DNA of 64,000 bases from the IMG/VR virus record IMGVR_UViG_3300044724_004089; one strand, 5' to 3'. A program made the position numbers and the translations under genes. The notes under the pieces were generated by a model. It was not told the origin of the DNA and did no database searches. It saw only the letters and a list, made by a program, of their open reading frames with translations. The DNA comes from an uncultured virus (IMG/VR IMGVR_UViG_3300044724_004089). Its lineage: Duplodnaviria; Heunggongvirae; Uroviricota; Caudoviricetes. This document shows positions 56,401 through 64,000 of the stretch, piece by piece (the first letter of the stretch is position 1; each line of letters starts with the position of its first letter).

Positions 56401-57780
56401 ATGTATTTATCTGAAACATACGAAAAGAAATGGCAACCAGTCTTGAATCATCCCGATTTACCAGAAATCAAGGATTCTTATAGACGTGCCGTTACTTCAG
56501 TGATCTTGGAAAACCAAGAAAAATCTATTAACGAAGACAGAGCATTCTTAAACGAGGCATCTCCATATGTAACTCCTGCTAACCAAACAGGTTCTAGTAT
56601 CGATAACTGGGATCCAATTTTAATTTCGTTAGTAAGAAGAGCAATGCCAAATTTAATTGCTTATGACATTTGTGGCGTGCAACCTATGACTGGACCAACC
56701 GGATTAATCTTTGCTATGAGGGCAAGATATGACAGTCAGTCTGGTACAGAGGCACTATTTGATGAGGCAGATACAGACTTCTCTGGAAGAAACAAAGAAG
56801 GTTCATCTGTAGACGGTTTCTCAAGCACTGCACACGCAGGTACAAATCCAAAACTACTAAACGACAATCCAGCAGGAACTTATACTAAAGGTACTGGTAT
56901 GACAACTGCCGCCGCTGAGGCATTAGGTGGAACTTCTGACAATACTTTTGCAGAAATGGCGTTTAGCATTGAGAAGTCCACTGTGACTGCTAGAAGTAGA
57001 GCATTAAAGGCAGAATACACAATGGAACTTGCTCAAGACTTAAAAGCAATCCACGGATTAGATGCAGAAACAGAATTAGCAAACATTCTGTCTGCTGAAA
57101 TTCTTGCTGAAATCAACAGAGAAGTTGTAAGAACTATTTACATCAACGCAGAAATCGGTGCATCTGACTCAAGTTCAACTGCAATCGGTTCAGTAAGTGC
57201 AATCAACACAACCACTGCTGGTATCTTTGATTTAGATACAGACTCAAACGGTAGATGGTCAGTTGAGAGATTTAAAGGTCTTATGTTCCAAGTTGAGAGA
57301 GAGGCAAATCAGATTGCTCAAAGAACCAGAAGAGGTAAAGGTAACATCTTAATCACAAGTTCTGATGTTGCATCTGCACTTCAAATGGCAGGAGTTTTAG
57401 ACTATGCTCCAGCATTAAACAACAACCTACAAGTAGACGATACTGGTAACACTTTTGCAGGTGTATTAAATGGTAGATATAAAGTTTATATTGATCCGTA
57501 TTCTGCAAACAGTGCCTCAGCACAATACTTCGTAGTTGGTTATAAAGGTTCTTCACCATACGATAGTGGATTATTCTACTGTCCGTATGTACCACTACAG
57601 ATGGTAAGAGCAGTTGGTCAAGACAATTTCCAACCAAAGATTGGTTTCAAGACTAGATATGGTCTACAAGCAAACCCATTTGCTGAAGCAGGTACAAGTG
57701 ATGCCGCAGTGATTGATGGTTCTGGAAGTGCAAACTCCAACAGATATTACAGAAGAGTACAAGTAGCAAACTTAATGTAG
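56401..57780 (+). CDS. gp23: Major capsid protein gp23
   Basis: LVRRAMPNLIAYDICGVQPM, ELAQDLKAIHGLDAE, FYCPYVPL, FQPKIGFKTRYG. Confidence 0.98.
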   Translation: MYLSETYEKKWQPVLNHPDLPEIKDSYRRAVTSVILENQEKSINEDRAFLNEASPYVTPANQTGSSIDNWDPILISLVRRAMPNLIAYDICGVQPMTGPTGLIFAMRARYDSQSGTEALFDEADTDFSGRNKEGSSVDGFSSTAHAGTNPKLLNDNPAGTYTKGTGMTTAAAEALGGTSDNTFAEMAFSIEKSTVTARSRALKAEYTMELAQDLKAIHGLDAETELANILSAEILAEINREVVRTIYINAEIGASDSSSTAIGSVSAINTTTAGIFDLDTDSNGRWSVERFKGLMFQVEREANQIAQRTRRGKGNILITSSDVASALQMAGVLDYAPALNNNLQVDDTGNTFAGVLNGRYKVYIDPYSANSASAQYFVVGYKGSSPYDSGLFYCPYVPLQMVRAVGQDNFQPKIGFKTRYGLQANPFAEAGTSDAAVIDGSGSANSNRYYRRVQVANLM

Positions 57781-57800
57781 TATTGCAAATCATATTGCTT

Positions 57801-57833
57801 AAAAAGGGTGTCTTTATGGCGCCCTTTTTTTTT
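57801..57833 (+). terminator. Intrinsic terminator after gp23
   Basis: AAAAAGGGTGTC-loop-GGCGCCC followed by a T9 tract. Confidence 0.85.
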
Positions 57834-57848
57834 GTTATAAATAGTAGT

Positions 57849-58472
57849 ATGACAACATCAGGATTACAAAGACAACCTACTCAATTAGACTATGCAAGTC
57901 CTACTCAGTTTAAGTTTAATATGATTAAACTGCCTAAAGTAGAATACTTTTGCACAAAGGTAAATATACCAGGTATTCAATTAGGTGATACAACACAATC
58001 AACTAGATTTAAAGACGTGCCTATACCAGGTGATAAATTAGAATATGGTAGTTTTAGTATGGACTTTATAGTAGATGAAAATTTAGAAAATTATAGAGAG
58101 ATACACGGTTGGTTAGTTGGTTTAGGATTTCCTACAAAACACAGTGAATACTCAAACTTATTAAGTTCTGGTTCAGATAGATTTCCAATATCACCTTCTT
58201 CTGGAACACAAGACGCAGGTAAAAACCCTAAAGGTAAAACACAAGAACAAGGACCTATTTTATCAGATGCAACTCTTTCAATATTATCAAGTAAAAATAA
58301 TCCAGTTCTTGAAGTAAGATTTAAAGACGTTTATCCTAACAGTCTATCAGGATTAACTTATGATCAACAAGCACAAGATATAAGTTACCTTACAGCATCA
58401 GTTGGTTTTGAATATTTAATTTATGAATTTGCAACAACAGGAGCAACAACAACGACAGTGACAACTTCTTAA
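57849..58472 (+). CDS. gp3: Tail completion / tube terminator gp3
   Basis: F...KLP.VEYF..NIPG, F.VDENL.NY.EIH.W, SDATL; ATG 5 nt after TATAAATA (57836-57843). Confidence 0.9.
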   Translation: MTTSGLQRQPTQLDYASPTQFKFNMIKLPKVEYFCTKVNIPGIQLGDTTQSTRFKDVPIPGDKLEYGSFSMDFIVDENLENYREIHGWLVGLGFPTKHSEYSNLLSSGSDRFPISPSSGTQDAGKNPKGKTQEQGPILSDATLSILSSKNNPVLEVRFKDVYPNSLSGLTYDQQAQDISYLTASVGFEYLIYEFATTGATTTTVTTS

Positions 58473-58476
58473 AAAA

Positions 58477-58505
58477 CTTGACTTCTCAAGTATTTTTGTT
58501 ATAAT
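58477..58505 (+). promoter_or_regulatory. sigma70 promoter for the queC-like/uvsY/uvsW unit
   Basis: cTTGACT-16 nt-TATAAT, 5 nt before ATG 58511. Confidence 0.8.
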
Positions 58506-58510
58506 ATGAT

Positions 58511-59086
58511 ATGTTTGATTTACCTAAAAATGATATAATATATGTTTCTTGTTCTGGTGGTGCTGACAGTTCATTACTACTATTTGAATTAACAAAATTT
58601 CACAAAGAAAGAGATATAAGACCCATTCACTTCTACAAAGAAGATGTACCATTATACATTCGTAAAGAAAAAATGAACAAGATTTTTAATCTTATTACTA
58701 AATTAAACAAGTATACATTTAAAAGTGTGTACTACAGAAAAACTGATAGTGAAAATTATTTAAATATAACTATGAGTGACTTTGAAAAGTTTCATCAAAA
58801 ATATAAAGGATTTTCTATGATAGGTGTTACTAAAAATCCTAACATATCATTTGGTGAAGAAACAGTTGATAATGAAAGACAAGGTAAAAAATATCAGAAT
58901 TTAGATGAAAAAGAAACACCATATTTCAAATATACAAAAAGAGATTTAGCACAAAAATATTATAACTATAGTCTACATAATAATTTATTTCCATTAACAT
59001 TTAGTTGCATAGTAAATACAGAAGAACATTGTGGTGAGTGTTGGTGGTGTAAAGAGAGATTATGGGCATTTGGAAGGATTATATGA
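58511..59086 (+). CDS. QueC-like PP-loop ATPase
   Basis: SGGADS PP-loop; TFSC....HCGECWWC.ER Zn site. Confidence 0.75.
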   Translation: MFDLPKNDIIYVSCSGGADSSLLLFELTKFHKERDIRPIHFYKEDVPLYIRKEKMNKIFNLITKLNKYTFKSVYYRKTDSENYLNITMSDFEKFHQKYKGFSMIGVTKNPNISFGEETVDNERQGKKYQNLDEKETPYFKYTKRDLAQKYYNYSLHNNLFPLTFSCIVNTEEHCGECWWCKERLWAFGRII

Positions 59087-59508
59087 CATTAGAAGAATTA
59101 CAAGATTTAGCAGACAAAGATTTAGTATTAGATGAAACTAATTTATCATTAATGTCTGCAAACACACCACAGTTACATAACAAATATTTAAAGTTTCTTA
59201 ATAAGTATAAACTGTTATTAGTAAAAGCAGAGGATGAGTATAAACTATTAAAGAAATATAAATGGGAGTATTACACTGGTAAAGCAGAAGAAAGAGTTTA
59301 CAAAGAACAACCTTTCGACTTAAAAATACTTCGTCAAGACATAGATAAATACTTAGACGCAGATGGTGAATTACAAAAAGCAAAACAAAAAGTAAGATAT
59401 CTTGAAGTTGTAATTGACTATTTAGACAAAACTGTTAAGCAAATATCCAACAGAGGGTTTTTGATTAAGAGTATGATTGATTGGCGAAAATTTATTAATG
59501 GAGAATAG
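59083..59508 (+). CDS. uvsY: Recombination mediator UvsY
   Basis: P.LHNKYL, KWEYYTGKA, PFDLK.L, R.F.IK.MI.W.KF. Confidence 0.93.
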   Translation: MTLEELQDLADKDLVLDETNLSLMSANTPQLHNKYLKFLNKYKLLLVKAEDEYKLLKKYKWEYYTGKAEERVYKEQPFDLKILRQDIDKYLDADGELQKAKQKVRYLEVVIDYLDKTVKQISNRGFLIKSMIDWRKFINGE

Positions 59509-60105
59509 ATGATACCTAACTTGTTATTTCCTACACCCATATTCATTGAACAAAATGCTTATGGGTTCAACAAAGATTTAGAAGATGCTATATTAAAATT
59601 ATATGATAAGTCAGAAGTTAACTGGCAATCAAAACCTAATTTACATCAGCAATCTGACTTTACTAACTTTCATAAAATGATTTTTCAGAAATCAAAAGAA
59701 GTGTTAGACGAATTACAATATGGATATGAAGATTTTCAAATTACTGATATGTGGGCAAATGTATTAAAACCTGGTGAAGAACATAGACCTCATACTCATT
59801 CTAATAATTTATTGAGTGGTGTTTATTACGTTTCTACAGAGAAAAATTCTCCGGGTATTATATTTGCTGATCCAAGACCTCAAGCACAAGTAATAAAACC
59901 AAAAATATTAAAGAGATTAATGGAAACATCTGACTTATGTGAATACACTGCACAAAAAGATAAGTTAATAATTTTCCCTTCTTGGTTAACACACTTTGTA
60001 CCAACTAATAAATCAAAAACAAATAGAATTAGTATATCTTTTAATGTTATGTTAAGAGGTACAGTTGGTGATAGTAACGTATTGCAGTCTGCCGTCTATA
60101 GTTGA
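59509..60105 (+). CDS. 2OG-Fe(II) oxygenase (TIGR02466-like)
   Basis: LFPTP, MWAN, HTH.N..LSGVYY, FPSWL.H.V, RISISFN. Confidence 0.88.
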   Translation: MIPNLLFPTPIFIEQNAYGFNKDLEDAILKLYDKSEVNWQSKPNLHQQSDFTNFHKMIFQKSKEVLDELQYGYEDFQITDMWANVLKPGEEHRPHTHSNNLLSGVYYVSTEKNSPGIIFADPRPQAQVIKPKILKRLMETSDLCEYTAQKDKLIIFPSWLTHFVPTNKSKTNRISISFNVMLRGTVGDSNVLQSAVYS

Positions 60106-61577
60106 TGACCTTAACAAAATACATTGTTATAGAAAAAAAGAATGAAGTCTATCTTAAAGTAGAGGCAGAGCAGTCTATTAAAAGAGATTTAAGTGAATAC
60201 TTCTCTTTTGAAATGCCTGGTTTTAAATTTACACCACAATATAGAAGTAGAGTATGGGATGGAAAGATCAGATTATTTCAATATGCATCTGGTCATATTT
60301 ACGTTGGTTTGTATCCATATATTTTAGATTGGTGTGAAAAAAATAAAGTACAAGTTGTTGATGGTACAAAAATTAAAGATGCAAAAATAAAACCTAAATT
60401 AGTAGAAAGATTTTTGTCAGCATTAAAACTACCACACGAAATTAGAGATTATCAAAAAGAGGCATTTTATTATGCTATACAAAAAAAGAGATGTTTGCTT
60501 TTATCACCAACGGGGAGTGGTAAATCATTAATCATCTATCTAATATTAATATATAATTTACTAAAATTAAAAGACACTAAGTCAGATAAAATATTAATTA
60601 TTGTGCCTACAACATCTTTAGTAGAACAATTATTTAAAGACTTCAAAGACTATGGTTATAATAGTTTAAGAAATATACACAAGATATATCAAGGTATGTC
60701 AAAGTCTACAACAAAGAGAGTTGTAATATCTACTTGGCAATCAATATATCAGCAACCTAAAAAATGGTTTGAAAGTTTTGGTATGGTCATTGGTGATGAG
60801 GCACATTTATTTAAAGCAGTTTCACTTACAAAGATTATGAATAAATTAGAAACTTGCCAGTACAGAGTTGGATTAACAGGCACACTTGACGGTTCTAAAA
60901 CACATAAATTAGTTTTAGAAGGTGTGTTTGGTTCAGTTAATAAAGTTATATCAACAAACATCTTACAAGAAAGAAAACAATTAGCACAATTAAAAATATA
61001 CTGTTTAATATTACAACATACAAATATCAAATGTAAGTTTGACTATAGAGAAGAAATGGATTATCTAGTGCATCATAAGGGTAGAAATAAATATATTAGA
61101 AATTTATGTATAGCATTAAAAGGTAATACCTTATGTTTATTTCAATTTGTTGAAAAACACGGTAAAGATTTAAGAGAACTAATTGCCGAAAAAGCAAAAG
61201 ATAAAAAAGTATTTTATGTACACGGAGGAGTAGATACAGATGAAAGAGAATACATTAGACAAATTACAGAAAAGTCGGATAATGCAATCATTATTGCCTC
61301 ATATGGTACTTTTTCTACTGGCATTAATATTCGCAATCTGCACAACATTGTTTTTTCCTCACCTAGTAAGTCACGCATTAGAAACTTACAGTCTATCGGT
61401 AGGGGACTTAGATTAAAAGACAATAAATCAGACGCCACGTTATATGACATATCTGATAATATGACGTATAATGGTATACCTAACTACACATTAAGACATT
61501 TTGAAGAAAGACTAAATATATACAAAGAAGAAAAATTTAATTACGAGATACATAAAGTAGAGTTTAAAAATGAATGA
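60102..61577 (+). CDS. uvsW: DNA helicase UvsW
   Basis: WDGKIRL, SPTGSGKS, DEAH, QSIGRGLR. Confidence 0.96.
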   Translation: MMTLTKYIVIEKKNEVYLKVEAEQSIKRDLSEYFSFEMPGFKFTPQYRSRVWDGKIRLFQYASGHIYVGLYPYILDWCEKNKVQVVDGTKIKDAKIKPKLVERFLSALKLPHEIRDYQKEAFYYAIQKKRCLLLSPTGSGKSLIIYLILIYNLLKLKDTKSDKILIIVPTTSLVEQLFKDFKDYGYNSLRNIHKIYQGMSKSTTKRVVISTWQSIYQQPKKWFESFGMVIGDEAHLFKAVSLTKIMNKLETCQYRVGLTGTLDGSKTHKLVLEGVFGSVNKVISTNILQERKQLAQLKIYCLILQHTNIKCKFDYREEMDYLVHHKGRNKYIRNLCIALKGNTLCLFQFVEKHGKDLRELIAEKAKDKKVFYVHGGVDTDEREYIRQITEKSDNAIIIASYGTFSTGINIRNLHNIVFSSPSKSRIRNLQSIGRGLRLKDNKSDATLYDISDNMTYNGIPNYTLRHFEERLNIYKEEKFNYEIHKVEFKNE

Positions 61578-62001
61578 TAATATAAAAGTTATAAAGTTAA
61601 TGAATGGTGAAGACATTGTATGTGAGTTAATCACTGGTAAACTTCAACTACCAGATAAATCTCCCTTACTAAGATTAGATCGACCATTACAAATAAAATA
61701 TATACCATCAATGACAAGTATGGGTTTCAAAGATTATGTTGCATTAATTAAATGGGTCAGTTACACAAACGACAAAATTATAACAATACCAAAAGATAAA
61801 ATTGTTACCATAACAAAAGCATCTGATGAGATTATTAAAAGTTATAATGCTATAAAAACTGACTATGATAAAAAACCAGATAAATTTGAACATACAAATA
61901 AATATCAAGCAAAAAAACTGTCAGATGAAGATAGTAGAGAAATAAACAGTATATTCAATGATTATTATGAAGATGATGATGGTAATGGTACACTTCATTA
62001 A
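61570..62001 (+). CDS. Conserved T4-like hypothetical (Sm-like N-terminus)
   Basis: IKL.NGEDIV start, ends TLH; usual position between uvsW and gp55. Confidence 0.8.
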   Translation: MNDNIKVIKLMNGEDIVCELITGKLQLPDKSPLLRLDRPLQIKYIPSMTSMGFKDYVALIKWVSYTNDKIITIPKDKIVTITKASDEIIKSYNAIKTDYDKKPDKFEHTNKYQAKKLSDEDSREINSIFNDYYEDDDGNGTLH

Positions 62002-62016
62002 CGGGTAACATACCCT

Positions 62017-62045
62017 AGTATACCAAGGTTTTTGACCTTGTCAAG
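62017..62045 (-). promoter_or_regulatory. Divergent antisense sigma70 promoter
   Basis: cTTGACA-aggtcaaaaaccttgg(16)-TATACT on the - strand. Confidence 0.6.
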
Positions 62046-62058
62046 TCTAATTTTTACA

Positions 62059-62087
62059 CTTGACTTTTTTTAGAAATGAGATATATT
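62059..62087 (+). promoter_or_regulatory. sigma70 promoter of gp55
   Basis: cTTGACT-16 nt-TATATT, 7 nt before the ATG. Confidence 0.75.
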
Positions 62088-62094
62088 AATTACT

Positions 62095-62634
62095 ATGAAA
62101 AAAAATAAGAAAAAAAATGAGCATTATGTAGACAATGCAAAGTTTTTAGAGGCGATGAAAGAATACAAAGCATTGTGTGAGGACGCCGAAAAAAACGACA
62201 AAGAGAAACCACTTGTAACTAATTATATTGGTGGTTGTTTTTTAAAAATTGCGAATCACTTATCGTATAGACCTAACTTTATTAACTATACGTTTAAAGA
62301 TGATATGATATCTGATGGTATAGAAAACTGTTTACAGTATCTTGATAATTTTAATCCAGAAAAATCTAAAAATCCTTTTGCATATTTTACACAGATTATA
62401 TACTATGCCTTTATAAGAAGAATACAAAAAGAAAAGAAACAAGTAATAATAAAACAAAAGTTATTAAGAGATTCTAATTTTGATGATTTAACATTGCAAC
62501 CATCAGATGATGCTCAATATACAAATCAGTTTACAGAATTCTTGAGAGCAAATGCTACAGAGGAAGAACCAGAAAAGAAAAAGAAAGAACCAAAAAGAAG
62601 AAATTTAAAAGGCAAATTAGACGAGTTTATTTAA
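62095..62634 (+). CDS. gp55: Late transcription sigma factor gp55
   Basis: HYVDN..FL, IA.HLSYRPNFINYT, MISDGIENC, NPFAYFTQI.YYAF.RRIQKEK. Confidence 0.97.
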   Translation: MKKNKKKNEHYVDNAKFLEAMKEYKALCEDAEKNDKEKPLVTNYIGGCFLKIANHLSYRPNFINYTFKDDMISDGIENCLQYLDNFNPEKSKNPFAYFTQIIYYAFIRRIQKEKKQVIIKQKLLRDSNFDDLTLQPSDDAQYTNQFTEFLRANATEEEPEKKKKEPKRRNLKGKLDEFI

Positions 62635-63680
62635 TGAAAATTGCATTGTTGAATGACACACACTTTGGGTGTCGAAATGATTCACCTGCTTTTATGGAAT
62701 ATCAAAACAAGTTTTATGATGATATTTTCTTTCCATATTTAAAAGAAAATAATATAAAATATTTGATACATTTAGGTGATGTTGTTGATAGAAGAAAATT
62801 TATTAATCACAATATAGCACACAACTTTAGACAAAAGTTTTGGAAGAAGTTGTATAGAAATAATATTGAAACACATATTATATTAGGCAATCACGACACC
62901 TATTATAAAAATACAAATGACGTAAATGCTATCACAAATTTAAGAATTAATGGTAATTCAAAAATCTATAAGAGTGCAGAGATTGTATCTTTTGATGGAT
63001 TAGATATATTGTTTGTACCTTGGATTTGTGATGATAACTATGATGAAACAGTAAAACTTGTTCAAAATTCTAGATGTGAAATACTAATGGGTCATTTAGA
63101 GATTAAAGGTTTTGAAATGCACAAAGGTCATTTCTCTGAACAAGGTTTAGATAAAACTATGTTTCAAGGTTATGATAAAGTTATATCAGGTCATTTTCAT
63201 AAAAAGTCAGATGATGGTCAAATATATTATCTTGGTACTCAATATGAAATAACTTGGTCAGATTATAAATGCCCGAAAGGTTTTCACATATTCGATACTG
63301 ATACCAGAGAGTTGACAAGAGTAGAAAATCCATATAGAATGTATAAAAAGATTATATACAACGATAAAGAAAAAAGTTATTCTAACTATGATATTCAGCA
63401 GTTTAATAAGTGTTTTGTTAAATTATACATTTCAAATAAAACTGATGAGGAAATGTATAACAAGTTTGTAGAAAGATTATATAATGAAATAGATGTACAC
63501 CAGTTACAAATAATAGATGACCCTATCGATATCAATTTAACTGTGAGTGATAACATTATAGATAAGGGTGAAGATACATTGACATTTTTAGATAATTATA
63601 TTGAACAGATAGATACCAAGTTAGATAAAAAGAAATTAAAAGACTATGCTAAAAATTTATATTATGAGGTAAGTGAATGA
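62634..63680 (+). CDS. gp47: Recombination endonuclease subunit gp47 (Mre11/SbcD-like)
   Basis: DTHFG, HLGD..DRRK, GNHD, SGHFH. Confidence 0.96.
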   Translation: MKIALLNDTHFGCRNDSPAFMEYQNKFYDDIFFPYLKENNIKYLIHLGDVVDRRKFINHNIAHNFRQKFWKKLYRNNIETHIILGNHDTYYKNTNDVNAITNLRINGNSKIYKSAEIVSFDGLDILFVPWICDDNYDETVKLVQNSRCEILMGHLEIKGFEMHKGHFSEQGLDKTMFQGYDKVISGHFHKKSDDGQIYYLGTQYEITWSDYKCPKGFHIFDTDTRELTRVENPYRMYKKIIYNDKEKSYSNYDIQQFNKCFVKLYISNKTDEEMYNKFVERLYNEIDVHQLQIIDDPIDINLTVSDNIIDKGEDTLTFLDNYIEQIDTKLDKKKLKDYAKNLYYEVSE

Positions 63681-64000
63681 ATATACACAAAGAATTTACT
63701 ATGGGTCAAACTGCTTTCTTATTTAAGTTACCAGAAAGTTTAATTAATGACATTAATAAAAAGATGGATGAAGAAATAAAAAATAATGAAATTAGAGATG
63801 CATCAGAACAATTATCCGCTAAAATAAAAAAAGAATATCAAATAATGCATTGGTTACCTGAAGTAGATAAAGATAAAATTTTCTTTAAATGTGTAAAAGA
63901 AGTAATGAGCAAAGCACAAATGTATACATCATTTAAAGCAAAGTCTGTTGTTATTGATAATGCTTGGATAAATGATCAAGTAGAACACGAGTATCAAGTT
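63677..64000 (+). CDS. Partial ORF, probable 2OG-Fe(II) oxygenase
   Basis: Open to the window end; L.AKIK.E and AWINDQ.E.EY pattern. Confidence 0.55.
   Translation, partial: MNIHKEFTMGQTAFLFKLPESLINDINKKMDEEIKNNEIRDASEQLSAKIKKEYQIMHWLPEVDKDKIFFKCVKEVMSKAQMYTSFKAKSVVIDNAWINDQVEHEYQV

Noticed and set aside
43291..63680. Stop-codon recoding, introns or inteins in core genes
   Set aside because: All core genes are full length and uninterrupted in the standard code, with ordinary sizes.
1..64000. tRNA or rRNA genes
   Set aside because: No cloverleaf or T-loop pattern seen in the few intergenic gaps; tRNAscan-SE would be needed to exclude them formally.

Overview
This window is 64 kb of an AT-rich T4-like myovirus genome with the gene order and accessory content typical of marine phages. 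The host is probably an alphaproteobacterium such as SAR11; this is inferred from promoter architecture, bS21 and motif content, not proven. The core virion and late module runs on the + strand: gp5, PAAR gp5.4, gp25, gp6, gp7, gp9/10-like, gp8, a VrlC-like giant protein, fibres, gp13-gp23, gp3, uvsY, uvsW, gp55 and gp47. It is driven by TATAAATA late promoters. Two accessory islands interrupt it. (1) A ~12 kb island between gp5 and gp5.4 carries iscA, a VOC protein, porin plus pstS with a Pho-box-like repeat, ribosomal protein bS21, a CobS-like AAA ATPase and its VWA/HExxH partner, a sigma-region-4-like HTH, secreted proteins and MazG. (2) A ~9 kb cluster inside the fibre region encodes radical SAM, glycosyltransferase, methyltransferase, 2OG-Fe(II) oxygenase and GNAT-like enzymes. 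The most notable signals are absent from the ORF track. First, a complete glnA-type (glutamine-I) riboswitch sits directly behind a phage late promoter, with an SD-sequestering hairpin controlling an unannotated 35-aa basic peptide. Second, five early sigma70 promoters each carry TGATTCG, the preferred GcrA/CcrM methylation box, just downstream of the -10 element, and most also have a TTGAC-N6-GTCAA palindrome over the -35. Third, there is an unannotated 49-aa basic ORF with weak ArfA-like features. Fourth, CATG, AGCT, GCWGC and GAAGC appear avoided window-wide, and the only CATG sites I found lie in a short direct-repeat array. No tRNA, rRNA, CRISPR array, intron or transposase was seen.
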